This document shows positions 50,241-59,511 of a stretch of 64,000 nucleotides of DNA, piece by piece. The stretch is taken from contig JBBQRQ010000001.1 in assembly GCA_038214755.1 (NCBI GenBank), positions 64,001-128,000 of the forward strand, written 5' to 3'. A program made the position numbers and the translations under genes. The notes beneath the pieces are model-generated. The model was not told the origin of the DNA, ran no database searches, and saw nothing but the letters and a program-made list of their open reading frames with translations. The stretch is from Verrucomicrobiota bacterium (GTDB lineage: Bacteria; Verrucomicrobiota; Verrucomicrobiia; Limisphaerales; CANJXF01). Positions within the stretch are counted from its first letter, which is position 1. Every line of letters starts with the position of its first letter.

Positions 50241-50569
50241 ACAAAACTTCGCTCGATATAATTCAATGCGGAAGTTCAGCGCTATTTAAGTTCAAGAGTG
50301 TCCGTGGGTCAACTCAAGGGGAAATCAGGTTGTGTTCCAGGGTGTGATTAAAAGCGGGTGAGGCTGGATTTGGTTTCTTGCAGTGCGGCGGCATGACGCC
50401 GCTTTTCCGCACGTGACGCGATGGAGAAAGTGCACTGAAACTTTCATAGTAAAACTTTGCCCGCGTTTCTTTACCGTTGACCTGAACAACCCTCGATGGG
50501 AAAACTATTTGGGTGAACACAAGCACAGTTCTTTCGCTCGAAGTTTTTAAAATAAAGTTTTTTGGCTCA

Positions 50570-52099
50570 ATGCGTTTCGCCATTTTCCTTTTTCTTTTCT
50601 GCGCGTCTATTGACCCGCTTTTCGCTCAGCGCGTTCCTGTTCAAGAAAAATTTCTTTCCAACGGCATGAGGCTTCTGCTCGTGCAGCGCAATGATGAGCC
50701 GACCGTTTCCGGTGGGTGGGTCGCGCATGTGGGAAGCTCCAACGAACGCCCCGGCATTACCGGCATCGCGCATCTGTTCGAGCATATGATGTTCAAAGGC
50801 ACGCCCACCATCGGCACGAAAAATTATGAAAAGGATTTGGAAATTATCGCCGAGCAGGAGCGGGTGCGCGACCAGATGCGTGAAGAAGAAAAAAAGATGC
50901 GCGGGGCCTATCGCGCTGGAGAGATCGACGACGTGGCCAAGCCCGAAAACATGACGCCCCGCTGGCGCGAACTAGAGAAAAAATTCGCCGAACTCATCCA
51001 GCAACAGCGCGAGATATTGGTCAAAAACGAGTTCGATAAAATTTACACGGGCAACGGCGGTTCCGGCATGAATGCCTATACCAGCGAAGACATGACCGGT
51101 TATTTCATCACGGTGCCGGCGAATAAATTGGAGCTTTGGATGTGGATGGAATCAGGTCGTCTCTGGCGTCCGGTGTTTCGCGAATTTTATGCCGAGCGCG
51201 ATGTCGTCTTCGAGGAGCGACGGATGCGCACGGACTCGACGCCCCTCGGAAAATTCGCCGAGCAATTCGAATCCATGTTTTGGGAGTCTCATCCGTATCA
51301 CTGGCCGGTGATTGGCTGGCCGTCGGACATCCCGGCGATTTCCAAAGCGCAGGCGGATGACTTTTACGGAATTTATTACGCGCCGCAAAACATCACCGTG
51401 ATTCTCGTCGGGGATTTCCGCGCGGAAGCCGCCACCCAAATGGCTGAAAAATATTTCGGCCGCATCCCCCGCGGAAAAAAAGACGCTCCCGACGTGGTCA
51501 CGCTCGAAATGAAACAGGTCGCGGAGAAACGGATGAACGCAGAAGCCGAGGCCAATCCGCAAGTCGATATTCTTTGGCACACGGTCCCGTTCGGGCACAA
51601 GGATTCTTATGCGCTGGCCGTGCTGGCGCAGATTCTTTCCACGCGCACCGGGCGGTTTTTCAAAGGGCTGGTTCTCGGTTCGGAAGTTGCCACCGAGGCC
51701 GCGGCGCAACAGGACGCGCGAAAATGGGCGGGCTATTTTAATTGCGGCGGCGAAGCCAAGGAGGGCCACACGCCCGCAGAAGTCGAACAAGGTATTTACG
51801 CCGAGTTGGACAAATTGAAAAACGAAGAAGTGCCCGCCGACGAATTGCAAAAAGTGAAAAATAATTTCGCCGCCAATGAATATCGCAAGCTCAGTTCCAA
51901 CTCACCGATCCTCATGCAACTGCTGCATTACGATGGACTCGGAAATTGGCGCGAGATCAACGACGCCAACGCGAAAATTCAGGCAGTCACCCCCTCGGAT
52001 TTAAAACGAGTGGTCACAGAATATTTCACCAGGGAAAATCGCGCGGTCGCGACTTACCTTCGTAAAGCCGCAAAAAAAATGGACGCGCCGAAGTCGTAG
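50570..52099 (+). CDS. M16 family zinc peptidase, active subunit
   Basis: HLFEH (HxxEH) motif and EERRMR. Confidence 0.93.
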   Translation: MRFAIFLFLFCASIDPLFAQRVPVQEKFLSNGMRLLLVQRNDEPTVSGGWVAHVGSSNERPGITGIAHLFEHMMFKGTPTIGTKNYEKDLEIIAEQERVRDQMREEEKKMRGAYRAGEIDDVAKPENMTPRWRELEKKFAELIQQQREILVKNEFDKIYTGNGGSGMNAYTSEDMTGYFITVPANKLELWMWMESGRLWRPVFREFYAERDVVFEERRMRTDSTPLGKFAEQFESMFWESHPYHWPVIGWPSDIPAISKAQADDFYGIYYAPQNITVILVGDFRAEAATQMAEKYFGRIPRGKKDAPDVVTLEMKQVAEKRMNAEAEANPQVDILWHTVPFGHKDSYALAVLAQILSTRTGRFFKGLVLGSEVATEAAAQQDARKWAGYFNCGGEAKEGHTPAEVEQGIYAELDKLKNEEVPADELQKVKNNFAANEYRKLSSNSPILMQLLHYDGLGNWREINDANAKIQAVTPSDLKRVVTEYFTRENRAVATYLRKAAKKMDAPKS

Positions 52100-52111
52100 A
52101 ATTTCAAAATT

Positions 52112-52441
52112 ATGACAACGTTGGAAGAAGCCCGCTCGGTGGTCAGCCGATTAAATTTGGAAGAGCGCCTACGCTTGATGGATTGGATCAGCCACGAATC
52201 GGTGGAAGTTGCGCCGGGAATTTTTCGGACTCCGGGTGTGTGCGGTGGCGAGGCTTGTATTCGGCGGATGCGTTTGCCGGTTTGGCTGTTGGAAGAAGGA
52301 CGGCGCAACGGATCTTCGGAATCTCAGTTGTTGCAAGCGCACCCTGACTTGACTCGCGATGACTTGAAAAAGGCGTGGGGCTATGTCGCCCAGCAGCGCG
52401 AAGAGATCGAAGATTTGATTCGAGATAACAACGAAGTTTGA
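52112..52441 (+). CDS. DUF433 antitoxin-like protein
   Basis: TPGVCGGEACIRRMRLPVW...PDLT.DDL. Confidence 0.9.
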   Translation: MTTLEEARSVVSRLNLEERLRLMDWISHESVEVAPGIFRTPGVCGGEACIRRMRLPVWLLEEGRRNGSSESQLLQAHPDLTRDDLKKAWGYVAQQREEIEDLIRDNNEV

Positions 52442-52442
52442 G

Positions 52443-52782
52443 ATGGCGCGACTTTTCGCCGATGAAGACTTTTCGGGGCCTGTTGTCGAGGAGTTGCGCC
52501 AATTAGGTCATGATGTTCTTACTGTGAAGGAAATTGGAAAAGCCAATCAACGATGGCCAGACGATGCCATATTGGCTTTTGCCTTGCGCGAACAGCGGAT
52601 AATTCTGACCAAAAACCGGCGTCACTTTTACAAATTTGCATGAACAAAATCCGGCGCATCCAGGTATTATCGCTTGCTCTGAAAATCCGGATTTTTTGGG
52701 CGTCGCGAGGCAGATTCAGGTTGCAATCAACTTAAGTGCATCTCTCGTCGGAAAATTTATTCGCGTTTATAAGCACCATAAA
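52443..52782 (+). pseudogene. DUF5615 PIN-like gene with a 1-nt frameshift
   Basis: MARLFADEDF...LGHDVLTV...ILTKNRRHF, then another frame [12 protein letters not shown]; extra T near 52635. Confidence 0.75.
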
Positions 52783-54354
52783 ATGAAATTCAAATTTACT
52801 GCATCGGCCGCCTGTTGCGCGGCTTTGATTTTGGTGGCGTGCAAATCATCCGAGCCAAAACCCGTCACCCAAATGGAGGTTGTCTCCACCAATAAAATGG
52901 TTGGACTGTCGCCCGCAGCCTCAGACGACAAACCCATTCCCAATCGCCCGGAAAAAATTTCCTTCCCGCCGCTGAAATATGAACCGCCCAATCCCGCTGA
53001 TTATCGCGTTGTTCTCAACACGGGTCCCGTTGCCTACGTCGTTCCCGATCGCGAATTGCCGTTGGTCAACATTGTTGTTTACGTTCGCACCGGAGATTAT
53101 TTGTTGCCCGAAGGCAAAGAAGGCCTGGCCGGAATCACCGGCTATCTCCTCGCGCGGGGCGGAACGAAATCGAAAACTGCCGAAGAACTCGAGGAGCGCC
53201 TGGCGTTTCTCGCTGCGCAATTAAATTCCGGCGTCGGCGACACGCAGGGCAGCGTCAGTCTCAACCTGCTCTCGAAAGATTTAGAGGAAGGTTTGGACAT
53301 TCTTCGCGAAGTTCTCACCGCCCCGCGATTTCAGGAAAACAAACTCGCGCTGATCAAAGATCAAACCATGCAATCGATGCGGCAGCGCAATGATGAATCC
53401 GCCGCCATCGAATCTCGCGAACGCGGCTTTCTCGCTTTTGGCGACAATTTCTGGGTCAATCGCCATTCCACCAGCAATTCCATTCAAAGCATCACTCATC
53501 CCGATCTCGAGGCGTTTCATCGCAAATGGTTTCACCCGTCGAATTTTGTCGTCGCGGTCAACGGCGATTTTGATCGCGCGGAAATGATCCAAAAGCTCGA
53601 AAAACTTTTTGGTGATTGGCCATTTGTCGGCGACAAACCTTCACCGATTCCGACCAACACGGAGTTCGCGAAACCAGGCGTTTATCTCGTGGACAAAGAT
53701 GTCAACCAGGGCCGAGTCGCCATAATGTTGCCCGGCATCACGCGCGATAACCCGGATTATTTTTCGGCGGTGATCATGAACGACATTCTGGGCGGCGGCG
53801 GTTTCACCTCGCACATCATGAATCGAGTTCGTTCGGATGAAGGACTCGCTTATTCCGCGGGCTCAAGTTTTCCCGGGGGAATTTATTATCCGCTGACTTT
53901 CACGGCTGGGTTTCAATCGAAATCGCGCACCGTGCCCTACGCCATTTCCATTGTGTTGGATGAAATCCAAAAACTGGCTCGCGAATCCGTCACCGACGAG
54001 GAATTGAACGTCAGCAAAAATTCTTTTATCCAACGTTTTCCTCGGACGTTCGCGACAAAATCGCAAATCGCCAACACCTTTGCGCAGGATGAATTCACTG
54101 GGCGTTTTGCCAAAGATCCTGAGTTCTGGAAAAAATATCGCTCTCGCCTTGAAGCTGTTTCAAAAGACGATGTCGCGCGCGTGGCGAAAAAATATTTGTT
54201 GCCGGATAAACTGGCGATCCTCGTCGTGGGCCAAAAGGAGGAAATTTTGAAAGGTCATCCGAACCACGATGTCTCGCTGAAAACTTTGGCGGGAGAAAAT
54301 TTCGTCGAACTTCCGTTGCGGGACCCGCTGACGATGAAGCCGATGGTGAAGTAG
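52783..54354 (+). CDS. M16 family peptidase, non-catalytic subunit (lipoprotein)
   Basis: Lipobox [13 protein letters not shown]...VRSDEGLAY; no HxxEH. Confidence 0.9.
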   Translation: MKFKFTASAACCAALILVACKSSEPKPVTQMEVVSTNKMVGLSPAASDDKPIPNRPEKISFPPLKYEPPNPADYRVVLNTGPVAYVVPDRELPLVNIVVYVRTGDYLLPEGKEGLAGITGYLLARGGTKSKTAEELEERLAFLAAQLNSGVGDTQGSVSLNLLSKDLEEGLDILREVLTAPRFQENKLALIKDQTMQSMRQRNDESAAIESRERGFLAFGDNFWVNRHSTSNSIQSITHPDLEAFHRKWFHPSNFVVAVNGDFDRAEMIQKLEKLFGDWPFVGDKPSPIPTNTEFAKPGVYLVDKDVNQGRVAIMLPGITRDNPDYFSAVIMNDILGGGGFTSHIMNRVRSDEGLAYSAGSSFPGGIYYPLTFTAGFQSKSRTVPYAISIVLDEIQKLARESVTDEELNVSKNSFIQRFPRTFATKSQIANTFAQDEFTGRFAKDPEFWKKYRSRLEAVSKDDVARVAKKYLLPDKLAILVVGQKEEILKGHPNHDVSLKTLAGENFVELPLRDPLTMKPMVK

Positions 54355-54526
54355 GGCAGGCTTTCGAGCCTGCCGGTGAGCGCGACTTTCCAGTCGCGCG
54401 TTGGGTGTTTTATCAAAGTCATGTCTTCGTAGGGCAGGCTTTCGAGCTTCGGGTGTTCCCCTTTTAAACGCGGCGCTGGAAAGCGCCGCGAACCGGCAGG
54501 CTCGAAAGCCTGCCCTACGAAGACAT
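54351..54526. repeat. Three-armed REP cluster (GTAGGGCAGGCTTTCGAGCC) between convergent genes
   Basis: Arms at 54351, 54429 and, inverted, 54495-54518. Confidence 0.88.
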
Positions 54527-57160
54527 CTGCCCGCGCGTCACGCCAAGCTGGTTTTGCAATTTCAATTCGCGCCAGACTTGTGAGCCAGTGATTTCTCCAC
54601 ACAGCAGCGCGCGATATTTAGAAATGGTCTGGGTCACTTCTTCGGGAGTTTCGTTTACAAATTCGATTCGGAAAGTTCGCACACCAAGTTCCATCAAGCG
54701 CGAGACGTATTCCGCGCCCGTTTGCGCGCGCGCGTTGAACACGGTGTTGCGACAACCGACATCTGCTTTCAACGGATGTTCCATCCCGACGCGATCGCGC
54801 AATTTTACGTCGTGCTTGTCGCAAGGCCGTCCGCAATTCGTGAAGTCCGTTCCCTTGGAAAGAAACGCGCAAAACACACAATGCTCCATGTGAAACATCG
54901 GCATGTGCTGATGAATCGTCACTTCAAACCACTCGGGCGGCGCGGATTGCAAAAGCGCTTCGAGTTGCGTGATATTTAAATCATACGAGGCGGTCAATCG
55001 CTCCAGACCAAATTTATTTTTGAAATATTCCGCCGTGAGTGCGTTGGCGATGTTCAACGAAAAATCTCCGACGCACCGACTGTTGCGGAAAAATTTCGAA
55101 TGGTCGTAGTTGCGAACCAAATAGCCATCGGCGTTGCTCGAGCGAACCTGATTGAGCGTCCATTCTTCACCTGTCTTAAAAATACGTGGCGGCGCAACCC
55201 AAATGGTAGGGCGTGTCACTCCGTGCGCGCCGGTGGTTGAACCCGCGCCGTCGGCTTTACAGTCGCGGGCCGCGTGAAACCGCGTGACGGCTTCCCGATA
55301 TTTTTTCGCATCTTCAAATTCGCAGTAAATGGTTTCGACGCCGCAACGCAACGCCGCCTCCAACTGCGCCAGGTTGCGGACTAACACAATTAAGACAGGA
55401 GCCGTTGAACCACGGAGGCACAAAGGCACAGAGACAACTTCGAAAACACCTGTTCTCTGTGCCTCTGTGCCTCTGTGGTTCAACTGCCATTTCCTCGGCT
55501 GCGCGCGCAAATTTTCCAACTGCGCAACGGCTGCGCGCCGCATCCGGTTCATTTCGCTCATCGGCAAAATGACGTCGCCCTCCAAAAGTTTTTTAATCTC
55601 GCCGAGTTTGAATGGCGTTCCTCCGAGCCGGCCGAATTGCTCTCGCAAAAGTTCTGTGGTGAGGGGCCGCTTTTCCGCTTTCGCCAGCGACATCGAAGAA
55701 GTTTCCTTTACCACATTGCCCAACTCGTCTCGAAGAATCAGCGTGAGCGGCAACTTCTCGCTGCCATGAACTTCGATTTCAATCGGTCGTTGGAAATTCG
55801 GTTGTTCGCCCGCGAACGTTTGCCGCAATTGTTTATCGAGGGCGGGATCGCTCGTCTTCCAAATTTTGTCGCCGACATGAATGCGCGAGAAATCAATGTC
55901 GCCGCGACCGAATTCCAAAATGGATTCTTCCGTATTTTTAATTTTTAATTGGGAATTTTTAATTCCATAAACCCGACCGCCTTCTTCTTTTTCATCAGGA
56001 CGGCCCGCGTCGAAAACAACGCCGTCCCCCGGTTTCAACGGCGCTTCCAATTTCAAAACAATTTTTTCGCCAAGAATTTTTTGAACTTCGCCAAGATACA
56101 CGCCGCGTTTTTTTCCGAAGCGAGCGTGAACCAATTGCTGATTGTCGATTCCATTGAACCACCCGGTGTAAAGCCCGCGCGAAAATCCCATTTCCAATTC
56201 GTATTTACGATTTGCGATTTGCGATTGCGGGGCGGTTCCTGGTTCCGGCGCTCGTAAATCGTCATTCGTAAATCGTAAATCCTCCAACGCCTGTCGATAA
56301 ACTCGCGTGACGTTCGCGACGTATTCCGGCGTTTTGAGCCGCCCTTCGATTTTCAACGAACTCACTCCCGTGCGAATCAACTCCGGCAGAATTGCCAAGC
56401 CAGCCAAATCCTGCGGACTGAGCAAATAGCGTTTGTCGCCGAGTGGAATTTGTTGGCCGTCGGAAATTAAATCGTAGGGCATCCGGCAGGCTTGGGCGCA
56501 TTCGCCGCGATTGGCCGAGCGTCCGCCGAGAGATTCGCTGGTGAGACATTGCCCGGAATAAGCGACGCACAACGCGCCGTGAACAAAGACCTCCAAGGGA
56601 AACTCGGAATGCGGAACTCGGAACGCGGAATCGGATTGCGTCCCTTTTATTGTCTCAATCTCAGCGATCGAACATTCGCGAGCGAGAACGACCAGATTAC
56701 AGCCAAGCTCTTTGGCAAATTCCACGCCGCCCGCGCTGGTGATCGTCATCTGCGTCGAAGCGTGGATCGGAAAATCCGGCGAAAGTTTTCGGATCAAACG
56801 ACAGATGCCGATGTCCTGCACAATCGCGGCATCGACTCCGGCGGAAATGATCGAGCGCAAATATTTTTCGGCCTCCTCCAGTTCGTTGGCGAAAACCAGC
56901 GTGTTAAAAGTGACGTAACCTTTCACGCCGCGCCGATGCAAAAACTCCATCAACTTTGGCAAATCGCTCTCGGTAAAATTGTGCGCCCGCATCCGCGCGT
57001 TGAATTTTTCCAGGCCGAAATAAATTGCGTCCGCGCCGTTCTCGACAGCCGCCTTCGCGCATTCCCAATCGCCAGCGGGCGCGAGAAGCTCGGGCAATTT
57101 TCGATGTTCGCTCTTCGATTGTCGAATTGCTGCTGTTTCAATTTGCGTGTTCTGATTCAT
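54515..57160 (-). CDS. U32 family peptidase/RNA hydroxylase with DUF3656 (RlhA-like)
   Basis: PELLAPAG, HASTQM, HGALCVAYSGQC, NRGECAQACR and LKIEGR motifs. Confidence 0.92.
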   Translation of the reverse strand: MNQNTQIETAAIRQSKSEHRKLPELLAPAGDWECAKAAVENGADAIYFGLEKFNARMRAHNFTESDLPKLMEFLHRRGVKGYVTFNTLVFANELEEAEKYLRSIISAGVDAAIVQDIGICRLIRKLSPDFPIHASTQMTITSAGGVEFAKELGCNLVVLARECSIAEIETIKGTQSDSAFRVPHSEFPLEVFVHGALCVAYSGQCLTSESLGGRSANRGECAQACRMPYDLISDGQQIPLGDKRYLLSPQDLAGLAILPELIRTGVSSLKIEGRLKTPEYVANVTRVYRQALEDLRFTNDDLRAPEPGTAPQSQIANRKYELEMGFSRGLYTGWFNGIDNQQLVHARFGKKRGVYLGEVQKILGEKIVLKLEAPLKPGDGVVFDAGRPDEKEEGGRVYGIKNSQLKIKNTEESILEFGRGDIDFSRIHVGDKIWKTSDPALDKQLRQTFAGEQPNFQRPIEIEVHGSEKLPLTLILRDELGNVVKETSSMSLAKAEKRPLTTELLREQFGRLGGTPFKLGEIKKLLEGDVILPMSEMNRMRRAAVAQLENLRAQPRKWQLNHRGTEAQRTGVFEVVSVPLCLRGSTAPVLIVLVRNLAQLEAALRCGVETIYCEFEDAKKYREAVTRFHAARDCKADGAGSTTGAHGVTRPTIWVAPPRIFKTGEEWTLNQVRSSNADGYLVRNYDHSKFFRNSRCVGDFSLNIANALTAEYFKNKFGLERLTASYDLNITQLEALLQSAPPEWFEVTIHQHMPMFHMEHCVFCAFLSKGTDFTNCGRPCDKHDVKLRDRVGMEHPLKADVGCRNTVFNARAQTGAEYVSRLMELGVRTFRIEFVNETPEEVTQTISKYRALLCGEITGSQVWRELKLQNQLGVTRGQMSS

Positions 57161-57331
57161 TTGGGATTCACCAGCGGCAGTCAAAGTAGCATTCGTGGCG
57201 AGGAAAGAAATCTGTTTGGCGTTTTGTCTTTGATCCACGCGGTGCAATTGATCGCGAATGTTGACCGGCTGGGAAGAGAGCGAAGGCGCCCGGCTCTTCC
57301 CCACCCGGTGAACAATGCCGGAGAAGCTATA

Positions 57332-57475
57332 CAGGATTTCATCCTGCCGTATCGCCGGTTTTCCACCTGCAAGATGCCGCCTGCAACGCGAGACTTTCGT
57401 AAAGTAAAGACGCTCTATTGGCGACGTTCAGCCGGTTGCAAACCGGCGATACGGCAGGATGCAATCCTGCGCTAC
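57332..57475. repeat. Family A doublet, long subtype
   Basis: Arms and spacer shared with 62482-62633. Confidence 0.85.
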
Positions 57476-57563
57476 AACTGACCAATTGACCGCCAGTCAA
57501 AATCATACTCAACCACCGCGCTCGGTTTGACTCTGTCGGCGCATTGTCCTAACGTCGGCTGCA

Positions 57564-57881
57564 ATGTCATTGCGCGGAAAAAAATTGGGGCTGCTCATTT
57601 CTTCCCGTCCCGAAAATCCCACCTTTCAATACGGTTTGCGCCTCGCGGAAACAGCGTTGGCCGAAGGAGTGGACGTTTATCTTTATTGCATCGACGACGC
57701 GGTCAATGGAGTTGGCGATGCGAAATTGCAAAAATTGAAAGAGCGCGGACTTAAACTTTACGCGTGCGCTTATGGCGCGAATCGGCGTAATTTTCCGTTG
57801 AGCGACCAAGCCACTTTCGCCGGCCTCACTGTCGTTAGCGATCTCATCGCGGGGACGGACCGCTTTGTCAGTTTCAATTAG
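57564..57881 (+). CDS. DsrE/TusD-like protein
   Basis: VYLYCIDDAV...LYACAYGA.RR. Confidence 0.8.
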   Translation: MSLRGKKLGLLISSRPENPTFQYGLRLAETALAEGVDVYLYCIDDAVNGVGDAKLQKLKERGLKLYACAYGANRRNFPLSDQATFAGLTVVSDLIAGTDRFVSFN

Positions 57882-57900
57882 AATTCATTCAGGGAAGCTG

Positions 57901-58254
57901 ATGCCTAATCCAAATGTGCTTTTTATTGTGGGCGGCGATCCGAGGAGCAGCCCTCGACCGGCGGAAGCAATCCGCATCGCGGCGGGCGTCGGCACGTGGA
58001 AGAAAGTGGACGTCTCGATTTATTTTCGCGACGCCGCGGTGCTGGCCTTGAGCGAGTTCGCGGATGAATACGTCGATGAAGATAACTATGTCCGCTACCT
58101 CCCGATGGTCGGCGAATTTGGCCGGCCAATTTACGTGCAAAAAAACGCCGGGAAACTTTCCGAGATCGGCGAAGCGCGGCTGCCCTTCAAGGAAATTTCC
58201 GACGACGAATTGGCAACGCTGGCAGCGACCAGCACCTACGTCGTCCGGTTTTAG
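57901..58254 (+). CDS. DsrF/TusC-like protein
   Basis: VLFIV..DP......EAIRIAAG...VSIYF.DAAV. Confidence 0.65.
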   Translation: MPNPNVLFIVGGDPRSSPRPAEAIRIAAGVGTWKKVDVSIYFRDAAVLALSEFADEYVDEDNYVRYLPMVGEFGRPIYVQKNAGKLSEIGEARLPFKEISDDELATLAATSTYVVRF

Positions 58255-58256
58255 TT

Positions 58257-58436
58257 ATGGCAACGCTGCTCCACATTTTGACCCATGCCGACGACGCGCT
58301 CGCCGCAAAAATAATTGCGCAACAAAAATTGGATTCGGAAAATAAAATAGAAGCAGTCGATTTGACTCAGCCCGAATCAGATTACAGAAAGTTGCTGGAA
58401 AAAATTTTTTCGTCGGACTCGATCCAGGTCTGGTGA
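58257..58436 (+). CDS. DsrH/TusB-like small protein (59 aa, below the ORF-track cutoff)
   Basis: MATLLHIL...DYRKLLEKIFSSDSIQVW. Confidence 0.65.
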   Translation: MATLLHILTHADDALAAKIIAQQKLDSENKIEAVDLTQPESDYRKLLEKIFSSDSIQVW

Positions 58437-58581
58437 ATGGTGATTTTGGACTGCGGCGGCACGCCGCCGCTTTTCCTACAGGCCCTACTCACCGTGACAG
58501 TTTCGAATGGATCGCCCCTCTCGAATTCTTTCACCGTGCAACCAAAGCGGGAAAATGTCCCCGCCCTCCAAGCTGGCGCGC

Positions 58582-59316
58582 TTACAATTCGCGGATTTTT
58601 ATATTTCGAAACCATGCCTCATCGTTGTGTTCGGTTAAAAGAATGTGACCTTCGATTTTCTCGCCAAAATTTTTCACGTCCTTGAATTTGCTCTGCCCAA
58701 TGGCGGCGTTCAATTTCGCGCTGCCCAATTCGTATTCCAGAACTTTCGCGCCATTCAACCAATGCTCCACATGATTGCCGCGCACCAAAATTCGCGAATG
58801 ATTCCATTGATCGACAGGCTTGAGCGGCTTGGCGTTTTTTGGAGGCAAGATGTCGTAGAGTGAAGCGGTCTGCCTTTTCGCGGGGATTTCGATGGCGTCA
58901 TCGATCATTTGATATTCCGGTCCCGGTGAATTTCCGCGCTCTTCGGAAACCAGGTATTTTACGCCGTTATTTGATTTGGCGGGAATCTTCCAATCCCATT
59001 GCAAATCGTAGTCGTTGAATTTTTCCAGCGTGATGATGTCGCCCGCGTGACTGTTGGGCTCGAGTTTCAGACAGCCATTTTCGATCACCCAACCGTGCTG
59101 CGGCGGGGAAGGTTTTTTATAATTGCGCCAGCCCGCCAAAGATTTCCCATCGAACAATAATTTCCAACCCGCTTTCTTTTCCGCCACGGTCAATTGATTT
59201 GGCATTTCACTTTTTGCGGGAATAGAAGTGCTCGAAGCTGATTTGGAATCCGACGACGCGCACCCGGCGAAAATTGCCACGCTGAGAATGAGAAAGATTT
59301 TGGAAAAAAACTTCAT
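58582..59316 (-). CDS. DUF1080 (3-keto-disaccharide hydrolase-like) lipoprotein
   Basis: GWKLLFDGKSL.GW, NNGVKY, EYQMID and WFRNIKIREL motifs. Confidence 0.9.
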   Translation of the reverse strand: MKFFSKIFLILSVAIFAGCASSDSKSASSTSIPAKSEMPNQLTVAEKKAGWKLLFDGKSLAGWRNYKKPSPPQHGWVIENGCLKLEPNSHAGDIITLEKFNDYDLQWDWKIPAKSNNGVKYLVSEERGNSPGPEYQMIDDAIEIPAKRQTASLYDILPPKNAKPLKPVDQWNHSRILVRGNHVEHWLNGAKVLEYELGSAKLNAAIGQSKFKDVKNFGEKIEGHILLTEHNDEAWFRNIKIREL

Positions 59317-59511
59317 GGCGGAATGTTGTAGCGGCGCGGCAAATCCAGGTCAAGCGAGTCAATCCCCCATCCGTTTGTAATCGTATCAGCCGGTGATCGT
59401 GATGCAGCGTCAATGAACCCAGTAGATTATTTCCGCTCCAATAAATTTTGACGTAGCTGGCCTGGCACCAGGAGAAGGGGATGACTTTAAACGCGGAAAC
59501 AGATCGAGCGG

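Noticed and set aside
52636..52782. Apparent novel N-terminal domain on the M16 subunit
   Set aside because: It is the out-of-frame C-terminus of the upstream DUF5615 gene; the lipoprotein signal starts at 52783.
59340..59510. Possible small ORF or ncRNA after the aldehyde dehydrogenase
   Set aside because: I could not support a convincing start, motif or structure.
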